From assembly GCA_000934665.2 (NCBI GenBank), contig JYFJ02004219.1, forward strand, positions 1-33,861: 33,861 nucleotides of DNA. The letters run 5' to 3'. This stretch comes from Catajapyx aquilonaris. Lineage: Eukaryota. The number at the start of each line of letters is the position of its first letter. Position 1 is the first letter of the stretch. A program made the translations under genes and the position numbers. Of this stretch, positions 24,521 to 33,861 are shown in pieces. The notes under the pieces were generated by a model. That model was given only the letters and a program-made list of their open reading frames with translations, was not told the origin of the DNA and made no database searches.

Positions 24521-25378
24521 TAAGACACGTTGCCGTTCCTGCGCCATGTTTTTCCACGTGTCATCTAGTTATCCTGAAAGTTATCTGACCTGCAAACAGG
24601 CGTGCCTTACAGTATTGTCCTGAAGAGTCAGGATAAATTGGCGTTGCCACAGCTGATATTCATTATGTCCTGTACTCGATAATGCATGTTCATCAGGGTT
24701 ACAGATGCTACCCACTCCGGATCACCCACAGTGATAACTGGGTGCAAAAAGAACTGGGCAGGACATGAAGTTGTCATGATTATTTTAGGATTACCTTCTC
24801 TCAAATGCACGGCATATGCCAATTCCGCGTCTTGCCTACGCTCATATCGCACTCGGTTATCGCGGTGGGTGGGACCTGCCTTCAGCTTCGGGACAGAGAA
24901 TAGAATACTGGACCTTATTGCACATTGCAGACGTGGCATTATTGCAGACGTGGCATTTTTGCTTCGCAGGAAAAGTAGGGCGGAATACGCCAGTCCGTGG
25001 GAAAAATTACTGACCCTCATTTGCACATGATTGTACCACCACGTAAAAAAGCAGACGCATAGTAACCGAGTAACTTTTCACAAGCCAGTGACACCTTGAT
25101 AGAACCAAACATGGTAGTTCCCATGTATTTAGAACACAAACTGTATCCAGAAAAAAGCACTCCTTTTGTTAAGTCGCATATTCGCAATTATCGTCGTTGC
25201 ATTACTCAGGATCTACTCGAATCAAGCTCTTACTACAACACTATAGGTTGGAATCGATAGTTGATTTTTTTAAAAAATACTTCTTCGTATAACACGGATA
25301 GACCTTGCTTTTCCGCGTTTGAAATGTGCGACCTTTACCTCGCATGAATTAACCAGACCTTCCCCGTTAATATATACA

Positions 25379-25379
<1 letters not shown>

Positions 25380-25465
<86 letters not shown>
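25380..25465. repeat. (AT)n microsatellite
   Basis: Uninterrupted AT run. Confidence 0.97.
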
Positions 25466-25467
<2 letters not shown>

Positions 25468-26551
25468 CTTAAAGCTCATTCACGGCAAGTAGCTTATCTA
25501 GTCCCCACAAGAGTCAATCTATGAATCTACATTAAGACTTATTTCATAGGAAAAGCAGATATATGTCTCCAAAACCGTGTCAGCTGTCCAATTAGCCGCA
25601 TTATACAGCACCCAATAAAACAGCAATTAACGACAACTGCATAAATTTACAAATAAAACGAGTGTACTGTACTACGACGGAAAAGAGAGTTGTAGTGCCT
25701 CTAATTAGACGTCAGTCTTCCCCCAATTTTCCGAATGCTGTAAGTATAAAAAATAATCTGTCAGGTATCTGCATGCATCTGTTACATGATTGTTGACTAT
25801 CTATTACGTAAAAAGCGCAAATGGTATTCAACAAGCGTTTAAATTGCTTACTCGGCGAGAACTAGTTAATATTTTCTTCGTGGAGTATTATTCCAATCAC
25901 ACACTGCAGTAACTCATATATCGCCTATAAATAGTTTTAGATCGGCGTCAGTATGGCATAGTTTCGAAGGCAAATATGGTGTCAGTCACTTGAGCTAGGT
26001 TTGCCATTAAAATCCGCCAACTTCTATCCCGCTAATGGAAAAAGCTGATAGCCCAATCGGAATCAATGGCTTGGGGTTGGAAAACTTTATTGCTCGCCAT
26101 CGATCCTCGTTCGGATCCACTTCGGACGAATTAATCGGACTGAAGAGTGTACATCCGCACGAGAACTCGCAAAATTTTAGCTTCACTTACTCATAACTTG
26201 GATCTGACCACACCAATGTACTAATGATGTGACGAAAATGGCGCAAAGCATAAAAGTAGGCTACAGCATATCAAAAATAACTAATAAAAAGTAACTACTA
26301 GCCTACTTATCTATATGCGTTATACCCGAAACTGCTATACTCTTGTAGCCAATAAAAAAACGAATACGAGTATGCACTGCCATACGAAATAGCCTATACT
26401 TTTCCAATCATGAGGGTTCATCCTGGATAAAAAAATTTCGTCGACTTCACTCTAGCCTATCTGACATTCCATCTATTAACAGAGGCCAAGTAGACCGCAG
26501 TTGTCGTAATATAATGCTACCAGTGATGAAGTTCCAGTATATCAATATTAA

Positions 26552-27291
26552 CCCCTTCGCTATGATAGGCCCGAACCATATAGATTTTGGTTTACACGTA
26601 GACTACTCCGAAGATACGCACAATATATTTTACAAATAATAACAGCTATACTTACCCGATCAGGAAAAACACTATGAATGTGTCTGGACCAATATTTTAC
26701 TCGTCTAGAAATCCCTAAATTAATTTTCAAAAACAAGGCTATAAAAACTCAAAATTAGAGTACTGCCGACCAACTGTTAGGCTGATTTAATTATGAAATG
26801 CGTGAAAATATGCAGATCAACAACCATGAGAACCATACCAGACGCATTTGCTGAAATCGTCGCACTTTGCGAGAAATAAATTAATACATTATTTGCGGAT
26901 TTCTGGCACTTCGCGAGAAGCAAATAAATTTGACAGTTTTCCGAAGTGCCAGAAGCCGCAAGTATTAATTTATTTCGCGCAAAGTACGATGATTTCAGCA
27001 AATTCGTCTGGCATGGTTCTCGTGGTTGTTATTCCGCATATTTTTATGCATTTCATAATTAAATCAGCCTAACAGTTGGTCAGCAGTACTCTAATTTCGA
27101 GTTTTTAAACCCTTGTTTTTGGAAATTAATTTAGGGACTTGTAGACTAGCAAAATTGTTCCAGACCCATTCATAGTGTTTTCCCTGATCGGGTAAGTATA
27201 GCTGTTATTATATGTAAAATATCTTGTGCGTATCTTCGGAGTACGCATAAGCCAAAACTATGTGGTTCGGGCCTATCTGGTAGCGAAGGGG
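26552..27291. mobile_element. piggyBac-type MITE, a 740-bp full-length palindrome
   Basis: TTAA-CCCCTTCGCTA...TAGCGAAGGGG-TTAA. The arms pair over nearly the whole length and give mirror-image ORFs (26777..27001 on -, 26848..27072 on +). Confidence 0.92.
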
Positions 27292-27445
27292 TTAAGACGC
27301 TATGGTGGCACACTTGCGTCGAGACCTCGGTATAAGACCTCGGGTTCGACTTCCGAGGCCGGTAAGAATGCGTTTTCCTTGGCCATCTCATAGATAATGT
27401 TGTAATATAAATATTTCATGCATCTTCTCCCAACAATTACGTCTC

Positions 27446-27539
27446 GGAGAGAGAGAGGGGGGGGGAGAGAGAGGGAGAGAGAGAGGGAGAGAGAGAGGGA
27501 GAGAGAGAGGGAGACAGACAGAGAGANGAGAGAGAGAGA
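27446..27539. repeat. GA-rich microsatellite (CT-rich on the gene strand)
   Basis: (GAGAGAGAGAGG)n-like tract about 30 bp downstream of the exon donor at 27567. Confidence 0.9.
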
Positions 27540-27567
27540 ATGGTTTCACAGAAACAAGCAGTCTTAC

Positions 27568-27660
27568 CTGAGAGTGCCCCAGCAACTTCTCCACTTGGTC
27601 CGAAACATAGATGATCTTCCCAGACGACGTCATGATCATCATGAAACCGTCCATCATGTT
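27568..27660 (-). CDS. Met: Met-like gene, PAS-A N-terminal exon (NMMDGFMMIMTSSGKIIYVSDQVEKLLGHSQ)
   Basis: Classic PAS-A opening motif (DGF...GKIIYVS..V..LLG..Q). Acceptor ttttggcag (27661-27662), donor CAG|gtaaga. 93 nt, phase 0-0. Confidence 0.92.
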
Positions 27661-28709
27661 CTGCCAAAACAAAAAGAAATCAATTGGGATTTTAAATAAA
27701 TTCTGCCCCCAAACCGTTCCCATTTAGCGGGCAAATTACCTCCTTTTTCCTTCAAATTCCTGGGGGCCATTTCCATAACATAATAATTACAGGATATAAA
27801 GTTCCGCCATAAAACTAGCGCATGAGGAATTTAATCCAGTGTTCCCAGTCGTGATGCGCACACCTCAATAGGATCTACCAGCTCTATGTGGCATTTTTAC
27901 CGCCATTTTCCACCTGTTCGAATAGAACCTGCAGCTATCGTGCTACTTAAATTGATGAAAATTCATCCCACTAGCCAATTTACCTCTTACTAACACCCCA
28001 TCCCCCCCCCCCTTTTAAACTTCAAAAATGCACGTTCGATCGCTTTCAATCAACCTTGCATTTTCCCGCATATATATCCCTCCTCTATAGTTACGTCACG
28101 CTCTATAATAGTCGTAATATAGTCCTAGGTTGCTTGAACCTATCACGTGAACACTTCATGAGGCTTTGGAGAGATTTACTTGTTTGGCTCTGTTGCAGCC
28201 TCGAGTTCGAGAGGAGTACCATAAAGAACATACGCCGTTTTTAAATAGCTGACATGCAGAGCCAAGAGCTGGAAATAAAGTAAGCCTACCGGCCATACAT
28301 GATACAAAGTACTTCCCCCACATATTGTGTGAGTGATCCGATTTCATCCCTTCAGGGAATTTAACAACTCTCTATTTAACTGTAAACATCTTAGAAATTG
28401 GATCAAGTGCACTTCCCGGAATCCTAACAACTGGGTTATTATAACCTGCACGTGGATCAAAATCGCGGCCGTTTTCCAAACCCCCTCCCACCACCACCCC
28501 CTCCAACCTCCGTCTTTTATGAAATGTATTTCTTCTTTCCCCTGGACAGTAAGCCCTAAAGCTTCCATAATGGACTATATCAGCATACAGTGTTATCAAT
28601 AGCCTCCATCCCACACCACATGACATTTATCGTTCTGATGCCCTCAATAGACTCGAGAAAAAGGATGTTGTCAACCAACGCAAATCGGCCGTGAAATTGT
28701 TGCACTTAC

Positions 28710-28792
28710 CTCGAACAACAGCCGGACTATCATGTTCTTCACTTCTTCGTCGTCAGGGTACAGATTTCCGTGGTTTTGGTTCATCTTCAGAA
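28710..28792 (-). CDS. Met: Met-like gene, linker exon between bHLH and PAS-A (ILKMNQNHGNLYPDDEEVKNMIVRLLFE)
   Basis: Acceptor cttttcag (28793-28794), donor GAG|gtaagt (28704-28709). 83 nt, phase 1 in and phase 0 out, which exactly bridges the two flanking exons. Confidence 0.85.
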
Positions 28793-29639
28793 CTGAAAAG
28801 AATTTGGTGCTTTTAAAATCCACATTATCAGCAGAAATCCAAAAGAAGATAACAGAGCAGCCGTGGCACAATGTACGGTTACCGATACACTTGAAAACTT
28901 ATCCAGTCATTTTCATTTTTCTGCCAGATTAAATTCACTATGGGATTTTAACTGTAACTGCATCCGCCTGATTTTGAAAGCTAGACACTGATACACCAAA
29001 AATGAAACAATAACGACTTGCATTCGCAACCCTCAACTTGATATGCTCTACCGTTGTTTAGAAAAGTTTGGAATCGCCGCAGGTAAACTTGACGAAAAGT
29101 TTCGGAATATGGGCTTTAACGTCTCCTAAAATACACTATTACAGTAAGTTCGTGTTAAGTGTTGTTTCCTTTTACAGTTACTAATTTATTACTTGCCGTA
29201 AATTAGCATTTCCAACCTATTAAGTACGAAATAGCGTGGAAATTAAGCCAAGTAAATATTATGACGGCAGTACGTTGTCTCCACATATTAGCCATATTGC
29301 ACCTCAGGGTTTATTTTTCTCCCTCGGTGATATCCATCAATAAAATATGCGCAATTCCAGCCACCAGTACAACCAACTGAAACTGGCTTTTTCATCGGCA
29401 TCCTCCATTTCATTGGGCAACTGATACTAAAAGGTGCGTGTTCAGCAGAATCGTTTAGCCTGCAACATATGTTCCTTTCAAACACGGACATCAAAGGCAA
29501 ACGCGGTATAGGTGCTTTCTAGTCCAGGCCGATGAACTTGGAGAAACCATAAGTCGTCCATTGTCCAGTGTTTCAAGGAATCAAAAAAAGAAACTAAACA
29601 CTGGTGGCGGAAGGAGAGGGGGTGGGGGGTCACACTTAC

Positions 29640-29806
29640 TGTGATGAATGCGGAGGTAATTGGCGCTGTGACGCAGGACGCTGGTCTTGTCCATCCGTTT
29701 GGTGGCCATGGCGACGATCGGCACTGCGTGGGACAGCTCAGTTATGTACATATTCAGCTTATCTCGACGCATCTTCTCCGCCTGATTCCGCATCTGGCGA
29801 CTGGAG
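29640..29806 (-). CDS. Met: bHLH exon of a Methoprene-tolerant-like bHLH-PAS transcription factor (SSRQMRNQAEKMRRDKLNMYITELSHAVPIVAMATKRMDKTSVLRHSANYLRIHH)
   Basis: The translation matches the Met-type bHLH pattern as I recall it (MRNxAEKxRRDKLNxxIxELxxxVPxV...KRxDKTSVLR). Acceptor ttttttccag (29807-29808); donor A|gtaagt (29634-29639), phase 1. Confidence 0.9.
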
Positions 29807-31099
29807 CTGGAAAAAACACAATAAATACCATTACGATTGTACCGACCATACGTATGTAGCTAATAATGTACTAACTAAATAGTCAATAGGAGCTGGCAAG
29901 CACGGATTCGTCATATGCAATTAAGTGCTGATTCCGAGGCGTCCAGCAGCGTTTAAGCTGGATGAAAGAGCATCAAAGCCGCTTTTTTCACTCCCAGTTG
30001 ACTTTGCTCCCATGTTCGCACTTCGCTATCAAAATTCCATCACACAGTTCAGCGTCAAAAAAAAAAAGAGGCCTGAATACGGTATGATTTGAAATCGTCA
30101 TAGCAGGGAGTATGCCATCCGCTGTGCAGCAGGAAACTCTCACAACCAGATCTTATGCAAGCAAATCTATTTGTAGCTCATTTTCCCCCTCAGCAAAACC
30201 AGACGATGAATAAATGAGGCATATAAAGTGTTTCTAGTATTTATTTGCGTCGCAATAAAGTTTCAGACCCCTGGGTGACATTGTCAGCAGGCTTGCACAC
30301 TGTGACAAACTAGAATTGCAGTATAATGGTGCGTAATTACGCCCGCAGAGAAACCTTTTCTAAATGACGTCTATTCACATATAATTCAGTCCCTTGTTCC
30401 ACTGGTACTTAATCGCATCTAACTACTGCCAAATTCAGGATGCACTTTTTTCCCCCCCGACTTAATCTGAACGTCAGATGTTTCAAAATGTGTGCTACAG
30501 CAAACCGCAGTGCTTGTGAAATATCAGGCCAGTTTGAGTCATCTGTTCGTGTCAAATATTTATCCGGGTCAACGACAATAGTACCTTGTCATCGTTTGTC
30601 ACATGGAAACGCCCTAGCCAGTTCCCATTCGTGCTTATCAAAATTTCAGACGAATAGCCATGCCCAATTGATAGGCAGCAATGACTGTATATGAGTGCAA
30701 TGACACCATGTTTACAAGTCCAAACAAACAAACACCCATGATGTCAGGAAAATATGATACCAGTCCACACCGAACTTTATGTTCTCGCTCGAATTTGTTA
30801 CAATAGCATTGCAAAACGCATTGTACTATTAAACAATACGTAATAACAGTCTAACAGCCTCTTTTAGAGTTCCCGACCCTTAGAAAAAATTAACAATGTG
30901 TTGAAATTTAACAGATACATTGTGCTACAAAAGAAATCTCCGCAGTCGAATGCAGGTTGTATCTTAGCAACAATCATAGTCCGCACACTAGGTACAATCT
31001 GCTTACATTTTGCGTTCTGTCATTAACGAGCCAATGCTATCGACCACATTTTGTGTACAGGAGCGGGAAGTAATGGTACTGTCATTGGATGTCCCTCAC

Positions 31100-31297
31100 A
31101 GGCCTGTGAACCGATCTTTTCATTTTCAGCCTCTATTGACCACCCCCATTGCTGTGGGTAGATACTGAGAGTGGGAAGAAACAGACGAATCCAAAGAATT
31201 GCACATGAGGAAAAAAATCATTCGACCGACCGGGGAATGAAATCGGGATCTCCCAGCTGTGGTCTAAACCACTATACACTACCCACTCAGCCAAGGG
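31100..31297 (-). mobile_element. Degenerate tRNA-derived SINE relic
   Basis: A box TGGCTGAGTGG and a decayed B box gatttcattccccggtcgg. Boundaries are approximate. Confidence 0.45.
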
Positions 31298-33038
31298 AAT
31301 GCAATTATGTCACAAATAATTGTCACAGCAAATCCCTAGTGCCTCATTTTCATTGACCTCTATATTACGCCATTAGTTGAGCGGTGCCAGCACCTTTCAG
31401 ACACACCTCTCCCCAACATGGCCGCCATTCAATATAACATAAGCCTGGGATCCAAAACTGCAACGGTATCAGGAGCCAACATTCCAGCAAATTGCGTTGC
31501 CAGTATATGCAGAGTCTAACAAAAAATAGAGAAGCCATGGGACAACTCGAAATCTAGTTTGCAGTCAAGGACACTGATTTTGAATCCCTCTCCATCCCCC
31601 TGTCCCTAACCTTATTGTGACCATTCCACCGGAACAAATTCGAATTCATCAATTACCTTTAAAAAAATTAAAATCGACGTTATGACAAACTCAGATCCAT
31701 CAATTACAGGTCCTTGTATGAGGGATGCGACATATGCAGTGCATCACTAATTTTTCCCCCCCAGATACTTTTTTGTTGTTGCAGGTACCCGTGCCTAATG
31801 TGATTGACGTTTGGAAAAATCGACTTCAGAACGGCTCCTGTCGGTCTACCAACCTACAAATGGATGTCGTTACATGCAGATGGACGATACAGCGCATAGA
31901 AAGAAAGGAATAAAAAAACCGAGCCCAAACGCGATGTCGAATACATTCGCAATAGTGATTATATATTCGCTACTTGACCTTCAATCGGCTTAAGGTTAAA
32001 TGTCAACAGAGCAATGATGCAGACAACTGTGCCTTATGATAACATATTCTCCTCAGACATTGTAACAATATGTATCAAGACTGACACATAAATCGTTTTT
32101 GCTTCAAACTTCTTCCAACTTCAAACTGACACGGCTTTACAAGTGATGTATAGCCCTAGAAAAAGTTGGGATTAACACAGCCAGGAGAGCGACAGCAAGA
32201 AAATCACTATAGCAGTTGTAAGATTTCACAACAAATGGGGATTAAATGGGCTGGAAATTACGCATACAGTATAGATTAGAATACATGAAGCTTTAAATAT
32301 ACTGCATCAATGAACCTTCCGTTACATTTTATATGTAGGTTTGTCAAGGTTCCCGGCAATGTCAGTCAATTTTTTAAACCAAATTGTTTTCATCTGTGTC
32401 CAAACTGTATTACATTGTCTCTAGCGCCTTCAGAATTAGACATTGCGTCACCAATTATTATCACATGATGCAAGTCAATAGAATAATTACAGTGCAGCAC
32501 AAATAAGAGCATGATGCAAGAATATGGAAGATGCACTCTTGAACAAAATGGTTATGGTTACAATGACATTTTTTTAAAATGTTTGTCATTTCGTATTAGG
32601 TATCCTACCTGATTTATTAAAGCTATCCGTAGATTTTTTTTTAAACAGTCGGGTATTATCGGCCGAAAAAGAGTTTCGGCCAGATTTATACTGGGACTAT
32701 GCAACCACCAGCACTCAATTCCCNCCCCCCCTCCATAAACTTCACCTTGCGTGATTGGTGATGGTTACATATAGTGCCAGAATAGGTCCGGTCGGGAAAG
32801 TATTTGCCGGATAGTTCACCTTTTGTCTTTTTTTTTGGCGCTTTATTAAAGCGCAGATTTCAACCCCGCACCCTTCATCTTAGTTCGCCCATTTCAGGGA
32901 GAGCTGCATTTGCATTATTTACAATGCTCGAACCAAACTGTTAGGTACGCACTTTACTTAGGTGCATTGATTTTGTTTCTGCAGTTGATTATTCATTGTC
33001 ATCTTCTGACAAAAGGCAACTCACACACACCGCTTTAC

Positions 33039-33115
33039 CTAAATTCCACCCCCTCCGGATCACCCACCGCATTAATGAAGTCGATAAGAAGCTCGGCGAC
33101 ACGTGGAGTTGACAT
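33039..33115 (-). CDS. Met: Candidate first coding exon of the Met-like gene (MSTPRVAELLIDFINAVGDPEGVEF-S)
   Basis: Acceptor aatttcag at 33143-33144, ATG at 33115 with an in-frame upstream TGA, donor AG|gtaaag at 33038. It ends in phase 2, and AG+C (Ser) joins in frame to the bHLH exon. There is no homology support; the call rests on splice-phase logic only. Confidence 0.4.
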
Positions 33116-33861
33116 ATGCCATACATTTCACACAAGGTACCACTGAAATTATCATACTAAACTACTAAAAAGGCATCGGGCAATTACTCTCTTTCCAAGC
33201 ATCTGTAATCGCCATGGGGGTAGGTGATCCTGGGTATCCAGGGTGGAATTCAGATAAGGCTGTGGGTGGGGGCTGCCTTAAAACAAATGATGAAGAATAT
33301 TAATAATACAAGATGGTGCCAAAGGTGCGCACTTCCTGTCTTATTGCCTCCGTAACCCTCGCAACTTCCGAATAAATCTTTCACTTTTGGCCATTCAGTA
33401 ACCAATCAGTTTCGACTTGTTCTAAGTATTTTATCAGTGCACCTTTGAATAAATAGCCAATAAACCTCTACCATCAATGCAAAAACACCAATATTCACCA
33501 CAATTTTCACGCAATATATGCAAAAACTTGCAATATCCCGTGAGTCGTCTGACATACGTTGAAGCCTCATTCGTTAACTTACAAAACTAAACAAGTGTGA
33601 CAGTCTTCCATCATAAATGTCAGCCTATCATACTTTTCAGTTTTAATAAAAAGACAAGCAACGCAACAATTGTCATTACTGCCTCACAAATTATTGTTTT
33701 TGCAGGGTCCGCCACATCCCAATCCATATTTACTTCCCACGTTACTTCTCCCCTCCCCCCCTCATTAACCACAACTTTGTAGCCAGTACCAGTAATGCAC
33801 CGTAAAACCCGCAAAATATTGACCGAATGTTTACAGGCAAGCAATTATAACATGTACTCGG

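Noticed and set aside
24628..25030. Overlapping 132-aa and 114-aa ORFs
   Set aside because: No recognisable domain or splice context. NRILDLI only weakly recalls a LINE endonuclease motif.
26777..27072. Two similar ORFs (MLKSS...FIIKSA) on opposite strands, resembling a duplicated gene pair
   Set aside because: They are mirror images produced by the palindromic piggyBac MITE.
8655..27699. Poly-Tyr, poly-Leu, IY-repeat and RE-repeat ORFs
   Set aside because: These are translations of the (TTA)n, (AT)n and (GA)n microsatellites.
29640..29806. Assignment to Clock or ARNT/BMAL
   Set aside because: AEKMRRDKLN and DKTSVLR fit Met better than Clock (SEKKRRDQFN, DKSTVL) or ARNT/BMAL (IE.RRR.KM, DKLT.LRMA). 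This still needs a phylogeny.
4775..33105. CACGTG E-boxes (4775, 19491, 24555, 28144, 28449, 33100) as autoregulatory sites
   Set aside because: About six sites in 34 kb is what chance predicts, and clustering is minimal.

Overview
This is animal (invertebrate-like) genomic DNA, not prokaryotic; single 'n' bases suggest a draft assembly. The window holds the 5' half of one large minus-strand, intron-containing bHLH-PAS gene that most resembles Methoprene-tolerant (Met), the juvenile-hormone receptor family. I spliced five coding exons by hand (29640-29806, 28710-28792, 27568-27660, 16932-17037, 7093-7464). All have GT-AG boundaries and compatible phases, and together they give the bHLH and most of PAS-A. 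A candidate start-codon exon lies at 33039-33115. The rest of the gene (end of PAS-A, PAS-B) appears to lie beyond base 1. The introns are full of non-autonomous mobile elements: hAT-, PIF/Harbinger-, Tc1/mariner-, piggyBac- and Kolobok-type MITEs recognised from TIRs and TSDs, foldback hairpins, several tRNA-derived SINEs (one with a perfect 15-bp TSD), a probable RTE-LINE remnant and microsatellites. The most notable signals are a sharp switch from CpG-rich to CpG-poor sequence near exon 5 with a candidate internal promoter in intron 4, a six-element insertion cluster at 21.6-24.5 kb, and long intronic hairpins. I found no evidence for a new multi-gene system; most ORFs in the track are artefacts of repeats. 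All counts and alignments were done by eye.
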